From: an uncultured virus (IMG/VR IMGVR_UViG_3300044644_001243)
Lineage: Duplodnaviria; Heunggongvirae; Uroviricota; Caudoviricetes
Reading direction: 5' to 3' (one strand)
Virus record (IMG/VR): IMGVR_UViG_3300044644_001243
Span: 62,001 to 126,000 of that record
Length of the DNA: 64,000 nt
Shown here: positions 1-10,161 of the stretch, piece after piece
How the letters are laid out: every line of letters starts with the position of its first letter
How positions within the stretch are numbered: the stretch's first letter is position 1
Position numbers and translations under genes: made by a program
Notes under the pieces: generated by a model
What the model saw: only the letters and a program-made list of their open reading frames with translations
Database searches by the model: none
What the model was told of the DNA's origin: nothing

Positions 1-99
1 TTAGACGTGTTAGTTACATCTAATCTAGAAACTACAACTATTAAAAATGCAATTCAATTTGACGTAGTTAATCAATCAGATTTAAGAAAAGGACAATAA
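1..99 (+). CDS. Partial CDS (3' end), hypothetical
   Basis: Frame 1 open from the window start (LDVLVTSNLETTTIKNAIQFDVVNQSDLRKGQ*), stop 2 nt before the next ATG. Confidence 0.6.
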   Translation, partial: LDVLVTSNLETTTIKNAIQFDVVNQSDLRKGQ

Positions 100-100
100 T

Positions 101-427
101 ATGAAAAGTTTTATAAAAAAAAGAATTAGAGAACAAATTAGTTTAGATGAAAAAAATTTAAATTATTCTAATGTTTGTAAAAAAATGACTATTAATTCTT
201 TTGAAGAAGCCTTTAATAATGTTGAAGAAGCCTTAAAAAACGTTGATAGAATAACTAGGTATAAGATTATGCGAAAAATTTATACACCTTTACATAATTT
301 AAAACATGAGCAAGATTTAATAGCTAATGAAGTTAAAGAAAAAGGTATGTCTGGTGATTCAATTCCAGATGAAGCTGACACATATTGGCACCAAATACAA
401 AATATATTTTGTAAAGGTATTTACTAA
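101..427 (+). CDS. Hypothetical protein with IKxxIRE N-terminal leader (putative virion protein)
   Basis: 108 aa ORF starting MKSFIKKRIRE. Confidence 0.75.
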   Translation: MKSFIKKRIREQISLDEKNLNYSNVCKKMTINSFEEAFNNVEEALKNVDRITRYKIMRKIYTPLHNLKHEQDLIANEVKEKGMSGDSIPDEADTYWHQIQNIFCKGIY

Positions 428-553
428 AAACATTTTTTCACTATATTTATAAATGTGTTAACTCACGTATTGGTCCCGACCAGAAATGGTTTAGAGCTGT
501 CAAGGCAGCAAAGGTATCGGTACAATAATAACAAAAATTAAAAGTTAATTAAA

Positions 554-1423
554 ATGTATTTAAATTATTCTGCGGCACAATCTGTGCCTACAGCTAATAT
601 TGCTGTGAACAAATCAAGACTTAAAGTCTACAACAATACGGGCGATATGCCAACGTATTATCTACAAAAGGGACAAGAGTTCCAAATCGAATTATTTAAT
701 CCAACAACGGATGTTATTCTGGCTAAAATCATACTTAATGGTAATCCTATTTCACAAGGTGGTTTGGTATTGAACCCTGGCCAAAGAGTATTCTTAGACA
801 GATACTTAGATGTTGCTAAAAAATTCTTATTTGATACTTATGAAGTTTCAAATACTGAAGAAGTTAAAAAAGCAATCGAAAAGAATGGTGATTTCAAAGT
901 AGAATTCTACAGAGAAAGAGTTCCTAATTACTTAAACACACTAGCAATAAATAGTAATACTGCTAGAGGTTTTGGTGGAACTATAAACAATACAACAATT
1001 GGTGGGTATGCTTCATCTATACCTAACGGTAGCGTTAATATTACAAACACATCTGGTCATATTGGGTCTACTGCGTTATATACTTCTTCAGTTAGTAATA
1101 GTGTACCAACACTTGATTCAATGAATGATATGTTATCAATGGACGCACCAAAAGAAGCTAATCCAACTAGAACGCTAAAGAGTCGTTCTAAGAGCATAGA
1201 AACTGGTAGAGTAGAGCAAGGTTCAGTTTCTGACCAAAAGGTTGTTACAGTGGATAAAAAGTTTGAATACTGGGCTTTTCACACTATTGAATGTAAAATG
1301 TTACCAGTGTCACAAAAAATAAACACAGTTGAAGATATCAATGTAAAAGTATACTGCACAAACTGTGGTGCTAAATTAGGAAAAGGACACAAGTTTTGTG
1401 GTCAATGCGGCACAAAAGCATAA
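554..1423 (+). CDS. Hypothetical protein with C-terminal zinc ribbon
   Basis: 289 aa; ends YCTNCG...KFCGQCG (two CxxC pairs). Confidence 0.8.
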   Translation: MYLNYSAAQSVPTANIAVNKSRLKVYNNTGDMPTYYLQKGQEFQIELFNPTTDVILAKIILNGNPISQGGLVLNPGQRVFLDRYLDVAKKFLFDTYEVSNTEEVKKAIEKNGDFKVEFYRERVPNYLNTLAINSNTARGFGGTINNTTIGGYASSIPNGSVNITNTSGHIGSTALYTSSVSNSVPTLDSMNDMLSMDAPKEANPTRTLKSRSKSIETGRVEQGSVSDQKVVTVDKKFEYWAFHTIECKMLPVSQKINTVEDINVKVYCTNCGAKLGKGHKFCGQCGTKA

Positions 1424-1452
1424 AATAAATTAACGAGTTAACACATAAATTA

Positions 1453-1482
1453 AAACCGAGGATTTGCATCTTCGGTTTTTTT
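1453..1482 (+). terminator. Intrinsic terminator
   Basis: aaaaccgaggat-ttgc-atcttcggtttt hairpin followed by a T run. Confidence 0.75.
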
Positions 1483-1509
1483 ATTGTACATTAGTTAAAA
1501 AATATTGTT

Positions 1510-1674
1510 ATGAAAAATATGAAATTAGAATTAGTAGAAGCAGCGTTAACTGACATTAAAAATTTAGTTAAAGAAAATCCAAATGATATGGATTTAGGTA
1601 AACGTGTTAGAAGTTACTTCCTTAATTTACCAGAAGTGGTTAAAGAATTTAAAGAAGAAATAGATAAACAATAA
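1510..1674 (+). CDS. Small hypothetical phage protein (PNDMDLG motif), 54 aa
   Basis: Read manually: MKNMKLELVEAALTDIKNLVKENPNDMDLGKRVRSYF...; below the ORF-track length cutoff. Confidence 0.65.
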   Translation: MKNMKLELVEAALTDIKNLVKENPNDMDLGKRVRSYFLNLPEVVKEFKEEIDKQ

Positions 1675-1703
1675 TTATTTCACTTAGTTTTATATTAATA
1701 AAA

Positions 1704-2402
1704 TTAACCGTATTTAACTTTTCCCATTACACATAATTGTAAAAATACGTCTGCGTCATCTGCATCAAACTGGCCATTTAAAATTCTATAATGTATTTCA
1801 CTATATTCATTTTTTAATAAATTAATAGCATCTAATATTTTATCAATATCAACATAACCCAAATAACCCTTTTCATTCATATATTCATATCCATCATCAG
1901 AATCATCACCAATATTCTCATCTTTATCATAGAAATACATTTTACCTCCACCTAATAAAAATTTACTAATTGCTTTACTACCATGTACACCCATATGTTG
2001 AATATCATACTTAACATCTTTAGGTAGATGTTTAATATAATACCAATAATTAGAACCACCTTCTAATGCTGTTGTAAATAAGTTAATTAAATCTGTGCGT
2101 TCTAAAGGTTTAGTTTCAATATTTTTATTAGAATTACTATTAGAACTTCGTGCATGAAATTCAGCTTCTTCCTTACTTGAAATTACTCGTCTTAATGTGG
2201 TTTCCCATGCGTCTAATGAGGCTTTATCGTAAATAGATAATTCACTTTTATTTTTAATATTAGCAATTAACTTTTTTAAAACATCTATTGTTTCTTCATC
2301 ACTACTAGTAATCTCAACAATCAAACCCTTAGATACTAGATATCTTTGCTCAGCTAATAGATTAGCTTTTTGAATATTTTTGTCTTTATCAAATCTTCTC
2401 AT
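1704..2402 (-). CDS. Hypothetical protein (putative virion-associated)
   Basis: 232 aa ORF with upstream ATATTTAT motif. Confidence 0.75.
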   Translation of the reverse strand: MRRFDKDKNIQKANLLAEQRYLVSKGLIVEITSSDEETIDVLKKLIANIKNKSELSIYDKASLDAWETTLRRVISSKEEAEFHARSSNSNSNKNIETKPLERTDLINLFTTALEGGSNYWYYIKHLPKDVKYDIQHMGVHGSKAISKFLLGGGKMYFYDKDENIGDDSDDGYEYMNEKGYLGYVDIDKILDAINLLKNEYSEIHYRILNGQFDADDADVFLQLCVMGKVKYG

Positions 2403-2437
2403 ATGTTATTTTTATTAATAAATATTCCTATAAAACA

Positions 2438-2467
2438 AAAAAGCTCCACATTTCTGTAGAGCTTTTA
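2438..2467 (-). terminator. Terminator after the major capsid gene
   Basis: aaaaagctc...gagcttttt inverted repeat with A/T tails. Confidence 0.7.
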
Positions 2468-2487
2468 AGTTTTATGTTAAATTAAGA

Positions 2488-4314
2488 CTATCTTAATTCG
2501 TTAGGGTTGAATGTCATTACACCGTCAACTCTCAAGTGTCCGTAGAAACGATTGTTTACTACTTTCTTAGCGTAACGTGTCATGATACCTTTCACTGGAG
2601 CAAAGTTGAAAGGGTTGTACATTGTTGGAGTTAATTGTAACGGCACGTATGGTGCGTAGATATAACCAGTGTCTAACAATGATTTTCCTTTGTGACCAAT
2701 GATGATAGAGTAAGCTGGTGCATAAGGGTCACGGTACACTTGGTAACGTCCGCTTAAAGAACCGATTCTTTCAATACCCATGTTGTATTGGTCTTGCTCT
2801 GGGTTAGCATCAGATACGTGGAAGTATTCTAAATCATCAAAGATTGCAGATATCTCAGAAGATACCACGATGAAGTTAGCACCACCTCTTAACGTAGATT
2901 TGTGGATTTGAGCAGAGATTTGGTTTAATTTAGTAATTAAAGTTTGGTTCCACTCTTTTTGAGTATATGGTGATGCAGCAGAAGAAGCTTTTCTCCATCC
3001 GTTGTAATCCCATCTTAATTGCCATGCAGCAGCTTTACGGATATCTCTCAAGATTTCACGGTCAATCTCAGCAGCAACTTGTTCAGATAACATTGCAGTT
3101 AACTCAGCTTCAGCATCGATGTTGTGGAATGCACTAACGTCTTGTGCTAACTCTGGAGACCAAGTAGCTCTTAATTTTCTTTCTTCAACAGATACAACAA
3201 CTTCATCTAATTTGAAAGATACTTCTCCCATTTCAGTTTCAAGTTCTAATGTTGCATACTCAGCCCAAGCAGCGTTGAATGTGAATGCAGATACAGTAGT
3301 TGCAGAAGCACCAACATAACCATCATAAGTAGCTGTACCAGCAGCAGCAGAACCAGCAGCAGTTGTTCCAACTGGGTGGCTTAAATCTAAAGCTAAGTAT
3401 ACAGTACCAGTAGCATCTGTAATTGATGTATAATCTACAATTCCTTTACCATATTTTTGAGTTACTAATCTGAATGGTACAGATTTGTTAGTTGAAACAA
3501 CAACGTTACCATCTTTATCGTAGATGTTAGCTGTAGTAACAACGTTTAATGAAGCTAAGAAAGACTCAGTATCCATATCGTTACCGTCAGCACCAGTCAT
3601 AACCGCTTTGTTAGTGTTGTTTGGTGAGAAACCAGAAACACCAACGATAATTTCTCTAACTGAACCATCAGTAGCAGTAGCTAAAGTACCAGCAGCAGCT
3701 AATCCAGAGAATTCACCATTAGCACCTAAAGATAATTTACTAACGTTAGTATGAGTTCTAATAGTTAAAGTACCTTTAGAGTTGTCAAATAAACCATCGT
3801 TATAGAAAATATCATATAAGTTTTTAGCTTCCATTACTGTAGCAACACATGTTCCAGCAGCTGGTAATACACATGATGGCATACCAGTGTTTGCAAATGA
3901 AGTGTGAGCAGAGTACTGAGAGTTAGTGTAAGTATCAGTATCATAAGCAGAACCTTTATTACCAGCAGAATCAACTCTTGAAGATGTTTGTGGAACAAAG
4001 AAGAACAATTTACCAATTGGCATGTTCATAGCTTGTACAGATACGATATCGTTAGCTAATAATTTAGAGAAAACTCTTCTTACGATAGGGAAAACTACAG
4101 TTTCGAAAGAACCAGAGTTTGTTGCTGTCGTAGTTTCAGTTAATAATGAAGACGCTTGGTTTTCATATAACTGAGCGATGTTTTCTTTTACGTGGCCTCT
4201 AAGACCCTCTAAGAATCCTAATGATTCCCATTTGTTTTGAGTTTCCAAACGGATAGCTTTCATGTGGTTTAATCCGATGTTACCTACTTGTCCAGATGTT
4301 AATAAATGTGACAT
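2488..4314 (-). CDS. Major capsid protein, T4 gp23-like
   Basis: Motifs VSVQAMNMPIGKLF, RKLRATWSPELAQDVSAFHNIDAEAEL, YAPYVPL, FAPVKGIMTRYA. Confidence 0.95.
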   Translation of the reverse strand: MSHLLTSGQVGNIGLNHMKAIRLETQNKWESLGFLEGLRGHVKENIAQLYENQASSLLTETTTATNSGSFETVVFPIVRRVFSKLLANDIVSVQAMNMPIGKLFFFVPQTSSRVDSAGNKGSAYDTDTYTNSQYSAHTSFANTGMPSCVLPAAGTCVATVMEAKNLYDIFYNDGLFDNSKGTLTIRTHTNVSKLSLGANGEFSGLAAAGTLATATDGSVREIIVGVSGFSPNNTNKAVMTGADGNDMDTESFLASLNVVTTANIYDKDGNVVVSTNKSVPFRLVTQKYGKGIVDYTSITDATGTVYLALDLSHPVGTTAAGSAAAGTATYDGYVGASATTVSAFTFNAAWAEYATLELETEMGEVSFKLDEVVVSVEERKLRATWSPELAQDVSAFHNIDAEAELTAMLSEQVAAEIDREILRDIRKAAAWQLRWDYNGWRKASSAASPYTQKEWNQTLITKLNQISAQIHKSTLRGGANFIVVSSEISAIFDDLEYFHVSDANPEQDQYNMGIERIGSLSGRYQVYRDPYAPAYSIIIGHKGKSLLDTGYIYAPYVPLQLTPTMYNPFNFAPVKGIMTRYAKKVVNNRFYGHLRVDGVMTFNPNELR

Positions 4315-4346
4315 AATTGTTTTTTATTTATTGTTATTTAATGTTA

Positions 4347-5618
4347 TTATCTTTTTTCAACTCTGTTGATTAAATCTTTAATCCTTTGAGTTGAAGGGTC
4401 AACATAAGCAGTACTTTCATTTAATTGTTTTGAAGTACTTGTAGTTGATTCCTTTATTAATTTGTTTTCTAGCGATTCAGTGATTGGTTTTCTTGTTTCC
4501 AATTCATTAGAAATCACTTTGTATAATTTTTTAGATTCTACTAAGTTACTTGCTTGGTCAAATCTTTTTAAAATACTTTGTTTTTCAGCTTTAGTTGTTG
4601 AATGCTCAGTAAACAATCTTGTAATATAAGTCAAGTTTGAATTGAACACTACAGTCTCAACTAACTTTGTTCTAAATTCTTTAAGAGCTGTTCTGAATTC
4701 TTGATTCTCAGTTTTTAATTTTTTAGCCTCAGTTAATAAGCTGTTATATTTTTTTGCTGTTTCAGAAACGATTTGTCTAGCTTTTTGAACTTCTTGTAAA
4801 GATTCCTTTTCAGATTCTGGTGCTAAAGTACGGCCACCGCTGTATTTTTTACCATGAGCATGAGCAAGAGCTTGACTTTCATCTAATTCATCTTCTTCTT
4901 CAGAATCATCATTAGCAGCAATAAGGTTTGTTTCTTCCTCATCTTCTTCACCACCTTCTTCATCTTCTTCTTCTTCTTCAGAATCTTCATCGTCTAACTC
5001 AATGTTATATTCAGTGTCTTCTTCTTCTTCAGAATCATCACCACCAATAACTGTTAAATCTTCTTCATCAGAATCATCACTAGCAAATTCATCAGAACCA
5101 AAATCTTCTTCGTCATTTTCAACATCTTTTAAAGAATCTAACTTAATGATATACTCACCTGGTTCAGTAATGTTAATGTGAACTTCATCACCAACAATTT
5201 CAAAACCATCTTGAGATGTTATTTTCTTGTACATGTCAAAAATTTCTTCATCGCTACTTCCAACCATATTGGTTACCTCTGGTGCCTCAACACCCATTTC
5301 TACTTCGTCTTCCATATTCATGTCTAGACCTTCTTCTTCATAGGCTTCAGTAACTTCTTTTTTCTCTTTAGCTTCTTCACCTTTTTCATGCTCAGCTTTT
5401 TCTTTTTCTTTCGATTCAGATTTTTCATGCTCAGCGTGAGATGCTTCTTCTAAAGTTTCTTCTTCATAAATCTCTTCATCTAAAGATTCTTTCACAACAC
5501 TATCAATTTCTTCTTTCGCTACAGAACGAAGTATTTCTTTTGTGTTAGCATTAAGAGCGTTTTCGATATTTTTAATATCTAATAATGCTTCTTCTAGTAT
5601 TGATTTTTTTTCTGCCAT
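4347..5618 (-). CDS. Prohead core/scaffold protein (gp22-like)
   Basis: Highly acidic with a coiled-coil C-terminus; lies between the protease and capsid genes. Confidence 0.75.
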   Translation of the reverse strand: MAEKKSILEEALLDIKNIENALNANTKEILRSVAKEEIDSVVKESLDEEIYEEETLEEASHAEHEKSESKEKEKAEHEKGEEAKEKKEVTEAYEEEGLDMNMEDEVEMGVEAPEVTNMVGSSDEEIFDMYKKITSQDGFEIVGDEVHINITEPGEYIIKLDSLKDVENDEEDFGSDEFASDDSDEEDLTVIGGDDSEEEEDTEYNIELDDEDSEEEEEDEEGGEEDEEETNLIAANDDSEEEDELDESQALAHAHGKKYSGGRTLAPESEKESLQEVQKARQIVSETAKKYNSLLTEAKKLKTENQEFRTALKEFRTKLVETVVFNSNLTYITRLFTEHSTTKAEKQSILKRFDQASNLVESKKLYKVISNELETRKPITESLENKLIKESTTSTSKQLNESTAYVDPSTQRIKDLINRVEKR

Positions 5619-5725
5619 TTTTAATATTTTTAATTTTAAAAATTAATTTAGTAATAAGATTTTACCTCATTTGTTTATAAATATGTGTGTTAGTGCGAAA
5701 AAACCTTTTTTTCGCAAAAAAAAAA

Positions 5726-6448
5726 TTATTCAGATAAAAATTTATCTAAATCATCTATTAAGTTTTCTTTTAACAAAGGCTTGGTTTTTACTTCGTTCTC
5801 AACGTAAGGTTTTAATTCTTCTATTGACGTTCCCATCCATGAACCTGGTGTACTAGGTGCTGTTACAACGTCCCAACAAATTATTTCAAAATCGTCTTGA
5901 ACTATTTGCTCACCATTTTTACCTTCTTTAAGTGAACCAACGCCACGAGAAGAAACACCGATTTTAATTCTATTTCTTAACATGTTGGCAACATCATCAC
6001 CTTTACATGATATAATTCCATAGTTAATAAAACCTGGGCTCATTATGATTTCCATCTTACCCATAAGAGTATGACCTTCCCACCATGTTTCAATAATATT
6101 GTGTGAAATTCTATCACCAGCAATAATAGAACTTTCTGGGTGGTCTAATTCACCTACAGCTCTGCGTTCACGAATTGCTTCTTGATAAAGTTTGTCTTGA
6201 CTTTTTAGAACTACTTCTGGATAAACTCTACCATTTCTATTTAAGACACCGAATTTTTGTAATACGACATAAACGATAAGAGGCTCTGCAATAACAACTT
6301 TGCCAGATTCTAATTTTTTGATTTCGTTAATGAAAGGATGGTTTCTAGGTTCATCTGGACTAATGTATCCAGCATCGTGTTCAATTAGTCCACCCCAACC
6401 GCTTTCACCACGTTTTAATATTTTAAAGTCTTTATAATTTATATCCAT
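5726..6448 (-). CDS. Prohead core protease, T4 gp21-like
   Basis: NRNGRVY, GELDHP, GVSSRGVGSL, DVVTAPS motifs. Confidence 0.95.
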   Translation of the reverse strand: MDINYKDFKILKRGESGWGGLIEHDAGYISPDEPRNHPFINEIKKLESGKVVIAEPLIVYVVLQKFGVLNRNGRVYPEVVLKSQDKLYQEAIRERRAVGELDHPESSIIAGDRISHNIIETWWEGHTLMGKMEIIMSPGFINYGIISCKGDDVANMLRNRIKIGVSSRGVGSLKEGKNGEQIVQDDFEIICWDVVTAPSTPGSWMGTSIEELKPYVENEVKTKPLLKENLIDDLDKFLSE

Positions 6449-6487
6449 AATTTAGTTGCTTATAGATATAAATATATTCTATTAATA

Positions 6488-6510
6488 AAAAAAGCCCCAA
6501 ACGGGGCTTT
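6488..6510 (-). terminator. Intrinsic terminator
   Basis: aaagcccc-aaac-ggggcttt hairpin. Confidence 0.7.
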
Positions 6511-6512
6511 AT

Positions 6513-6950
6513 TTAATTTTTTTTCTTATTAAATTTAAATGATTTGTTTGTTTCAAATGTTGCGAACATTAAATCGGTCAGTTCATCAACGGTGTTTGTA
6601 ATTTCAATTGAATTGATGGATAAAGCTTCTTTCATAAAAAAGGTTACTTCGCAATTCATAAAACTTCTTTTACCTAACTTTATACCAGATTCCCTTATAT
6701 CTAAATCAACAATTGTTCTATCTTTGTTAAAGATTGTTTTATTAGCATCTAAATAGTTAAATAACGTTTGTTTTATTTTTTTATTTAAAGACCTAATATC
6801 AAAACTATAATTGTTCGTTTCATCTTTTATCGGTTCGAGCCACGATGAAATATTTAAGTAGATTGATTTTGGGTTCTTATTGTTTACAGTACCATATGTG
6901 ATATTGTAATTTTTAAAATTGTTGTTTTTAATTTCTTTTCCAGTCTTCAT
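6513..6950 (-). CDS. Hypothetical protein
   Basis: 145 aa ORF in the head module. Confidence 0.75.
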   Translation of the reverse strand: MKTGKEIKNNNFKNYNITYGTVNNKNPKSIYLNISSWLEPIKDETNNYSFDIRSLNKKIKQTLFNYLDANKTIFNKDRTIVDLDIRESGIKLGKRSFMNCEVTFFMKEALSINSIEITNTVDELTDLMFATFETNKSFKFNKKKN

Positions 6951-6993
6951 ATATTTTTTATTTAATTATATGAAAAATCCTGGAATAAGTCAA

Positions 6994-7791
6994 CTACCTT
7001 GTCTTTAAACTATTCTTTAAATCAACTAATTTGCTTATGTTTTTAACATAATCTTCATTAATTTCAATTTTATCTCTTAATAATTTATCTTTAACTTTTA
7101 ACAATTTATCTTTAGTGTCCAAATCAGATTCAGTTAATTTTTCATCAATCATTGTTATACATTCTCTAAGTGTTTCTGTATAAACTGTTTTCTTTTCTTC
7201 GTCATCTGAACCAATTAAAGCTTTAATAATTTTTTTATCAGATTCCTCAAGTTCAGAATATCTTTCATTATATTTTTCAACCATTAAGTTAGTTAATAAA
7301 CTATTTGGTAAATTAAAAGATTCTTTAATTTCTTTTTCTTTATTATTTAAAATATAATTTACGATAAAATCTTTTGAATCAATAATCTTATTAATGTTCT
7401 TTGGTGTTTTATCTGTGAAAATTAAAAATGATAAATTTTCATGTAATTCTTTTTTATCATAATCATTATCATTTTCAAATAAAATATTTGTTAATAACGC
7501 ACTGTTAGCTTCCATAATATCTTTCTTTTTGAATTTAGACATAATATCTAAACACTCATCTAAAAATACTTTAGCTTTTAATTCATTACTCTCAACTTTA
7601 TTTTCAATAAGATTATATATTAAAAATTGATTCTTTAATATGACGTTTTCTTTGATGGTTCTAACGTAATCTTTAAATAAAGTTTTTTTATCTTTATCCT
7701 TTGTAACTACGCTTTCAACTAATATATCATTATATACGTTTTTAAGTTTACCAAAATTCTGAACTGTTTTTGTAATGTCTATTTTACCCAT
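6994..7791 (-). CDS. Hypothetical head-module protein
   Basis: 265 aa helical ORF downstream of the portal gene. Confidence 0.75.
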   Translation of the reverse strand: MGKIDITKTVQNFGKLKNVYNDILVESVVTKDKDKKTLFKDYVRTIKENVILKNQFLIYNLIENKVESNELKAKVFLDECLDIMSKFKKKDIMEANSALLTNILFENDNDYDKKELHENLSFLIFTDKTPKNINKIIDSKDFIVNYILNNKEKEIKESFNLPNSLLTNLMVEKYNERYSELEESDKKIIKALIGSDDEEKKTVYTETLRECITMIDEKLTESDLDTKDKLLKVKDKLLRDKIEINEDYVKNISKLVDLKNSLKTR

Positions 7792-7832
7792 TTTAATGTT
7801 TTATTATAAATATGCTGTTATAATCATAAATA

Positions 7833-9863
7833 TTACTCTTCTAACATTTTATCGATGTCATCTATAATATTATCTAATTCAGAATTTATTTTTAAATTCT
7901 TATCGTATATTTTAACTTTTTCAGATTTAACTTCGTTATCAGAATTAATACTTTCAACAAGAACATCTAAATGTCTGTTTTTATATTTTCTTTTACGGTT
8001 ATCTAAAGTTTTTGATAAGGTAGTTTTTCTTTCTGTTAATAAATTATTCAACCTATTCAATGATTCAGTTATAGTTGGAGTTGGAGCTGGTTCCTCTGGA
8101 GCAGCACCCTCTTCTGCTGGTGCTTCACCTTCTGCTGGTGCTTCACCTTCTGCTGGTGTTTCATCACCAAAATCTAAATCTTCACCACCAGTTGTTCCAC
8201 CTCCGAAACCACCACCGAAGCTTCCGCCTCCGCCTCCGCCTCCAGCAGCATCACCACCTTCTTCTGGTGCACCGCCACCGCCAGCTTTAGCAGCTTCAAT
8301 GTCACCAAAAATATTATCAACTTCGTCAAACATTCTAGTATGTTTAATAACATTAGCAGTATTAGCCAATTCAGCAGCTGCTGCTTTCTCCATACGTTGT
8401 TCAAGTAAGTCTTGTTTGATTTCATCATCAGACCATCCTAAAATTTCTCTATGAGCACGTGTCCATGACATAGCACCAAATCCGTTACCAATATCAGACA
8501 CAGCATCTTTAAGAGCTGTAATTTTAAGTTGTAAATGTTCAACGTTAAGCATCTCTGCTTGAGTTGATGGGTTATTAAGTGTTAATGAAAAATTATCCAA
8601 TTCATCTTCAAAACCTAATATGTATAAGTGAATAATTGCAATCTTATTTAATTCTTGAATCATTGATTGTTGAATGCGATTAATAGTTCTAGAGAAACGA
8701 ATATCTTGTAAAGCTAAGTTCTTACCTTCACCAGATGTTTCATCAAAACCTAAGAATGGTTTAGGTACACGTAATGCTGTAAATAAATTACCTCTTAAAT
8801 ATTCAATATCCGCAATTTGGTCCAAGTTAGATGCACCTGGCAACGTATCAATTGGGTTTGGTGCAGACTCATCCCTAACTGGAATAAAGAAATCTTGGTC
8901 ATTAGATAACTGATTGTAACGTAAATCAATTTGACCAGTTTGTGGGTCAATGATTGGCATACGTTTAAACCTATCAGCAATTGCATTTACATATTGTTCA
9001 ACATCAGCATCATCAATGTTACCAACATATATTTTGTAAACACGTCTTTCTGGAGCTCTAGTCACACGATATACAAGCATTGAATCCTCAGATAACAATA
9101 ACTGTTTCCATACACGTCTAGCCTTCTCTAATACAGATGTACCATAAGGTAAACGTCTATCATCACCTAGTAATCTAAAATGTGCCATTTGCCATGAATT
9201 AAATTCAACATCACGACCTCTCCAATAAAATTTAACTTTGTCTGAAGCTTCATCTTCTGGTTTATTTTTTTCTCTACCAGTGATTAGGTCAAACAAACTA
9301 CCTTCACGTCTTTCCATTTCATAGTTAGGCATTTGTTTTGCAGCAATAATACCATCTCTATCATTTATATTTAAAAATACAAAGTTATCACCATACTTAC
9401 ATGTGTTTCTAGTCCACATAGGTAATGATGTATGTATGTCTAATCGATTATAAAATAAATCTTCTAATATACCTTTAATTCGTTTACTATCAGAATAAAC
9501 ATTCAACATTTTACCAACTCTGTTTACAGTAGTTGATTCTTCCATCATCACATCTAACGCTGCCGCAATAGCTGGATAAAACTCCATTGATTCAAAATCA
9601 GAGTACGAACCAATACGAGTTGTTTCATAGTTTATAGATTGTTGAAACATTCCATTCTCAACTTTTTTCCAAACTTGTCCTAAATATTTATTTTGTTGAG
9701 CTTGTAATTTTGTTGTTTCAAATTCCTCACGACTAGTTGTTTTTAATAACTCACTAGAACCAATGTTATATCTTTTAGTTGAGTCTTTTGGTTGCAACTT
9801 TACACCATCTGGACTAATAACTTGGTTTAGTTTTTGAAATATTGTTAAATTTTTATTTGCCAT
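7833..9863 (-). CDS. Portal protein, T4 gp20-like
   Basis: EDSMLVYRVTRAPERRVYKIYVGN, DFFIPVR, IDTLPGA, ALRVPK motifs; Gly/Pro/Glu-rich tail. Confidence 0.95.
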   Translation of the reverse strand: MANKNLTIFQKLNQVISPDGVKLQPKDSTKRYNIGSSELLKTTSREEFETTKLQAQQNKYLGQVWKKVENGMFQQSINYETTRIGSYSDFESMEFYPAIAAALDVMMEESTTVNRVGKMLNVYSDSKRIKGILEDLFYNRLDIHTSLPMWTRNTCKYGDNFVFLNINDRDGIIAAKQMPNYEMERREGSLFDLITGREKNKPEDEASDKVKFYWRGRDVEFNSWQMAHFRLLGDDRRLPYGTSVLEKARRVWKQLLLSEDSMLVYRVTRAPERRVYKIYVGNIDDADVEQYVNAIADRFKRMPIIDPQTGQIDLRYNQLSNDQDFFIPVRDESAPNPIDTLPGASNLDQIADIEYLRGNLFTALRVPKPFLGFDETSGEGKNLALQDIRFSRTINRIQQSMIQELNKIAIIHLYILGFEDELDNFSLTLNNPSTQAEMLNVEHLQLKITALKDAVSDIGNGFGAMSWTRAHREILGWSDDEIKQDLLEQRMEKAAAAELANTANVIKHTRMFDEVDNIFGDIEAAKAGGGGAPEEGGDAAGGGGGGGSFGGGFGGGTTGGEDLDFGDETPAEGEAPAEGEAPAEEGAAPEEPAPTPTITESLNRLNNLLTERKTTLSKTLDNRKRKYKNRHLDVLVESINSDNEVKSEKVKIYDKNLKINSELDNIIDDIDKMLEE

Positions 9864-9910
9864 CTTTTCTTTTTCTTTAAATATACTTAAATCTTTAATA
9901 AATTAAATAG

Positions 9911-10150
9911 TTATTCCACATAATCGCAAGCTACATAAGCTTCACGTTTTATTGTCGAACCAACATATACATCTAAATAAGCATAAGTTGTAATCCAATC
10001 TTCACCATTAGAAAAAGGGATTGCGGTACAATAATTTTTATTTGCATTATCGTTATCTCGGTTATTTTTACCAGAACCAAAATCGTTAGGTAGTGGTGAC
10101 CAACTGTAAATATAATTTGATAAATTCTTTCTAATAAATCTTGCTGCCAT
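9911..10150 (-). CDS. Hypothetical protein
   Basis: 79 aa ORF between the terminase and portal genes. Confidence 0.65.
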   Translation of the reverse strand: MAARFIRKNLSNYIYSWSPLPNDFGSGKNNRDNDNANKNYCTAIPFSNGEDWITTYAYLDVYVGSTIKREAYVACDYVE

Positions 10151-10161
10151 TGTTATAATTT

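Noticed and set aside
453..1446. Retron or IS interpretation of the inverted repeat around the zinc-ribbon gene
   Set aside because: No reverse transcriptase or transposase motifs and no evident target-site duplication
8095..8285. GC-rich 18 bp and CCG/CCT tandem repeats
   Set aside because: Explained by the Gly/Pro/Glu/Ala low-complexity tail of the portal protein
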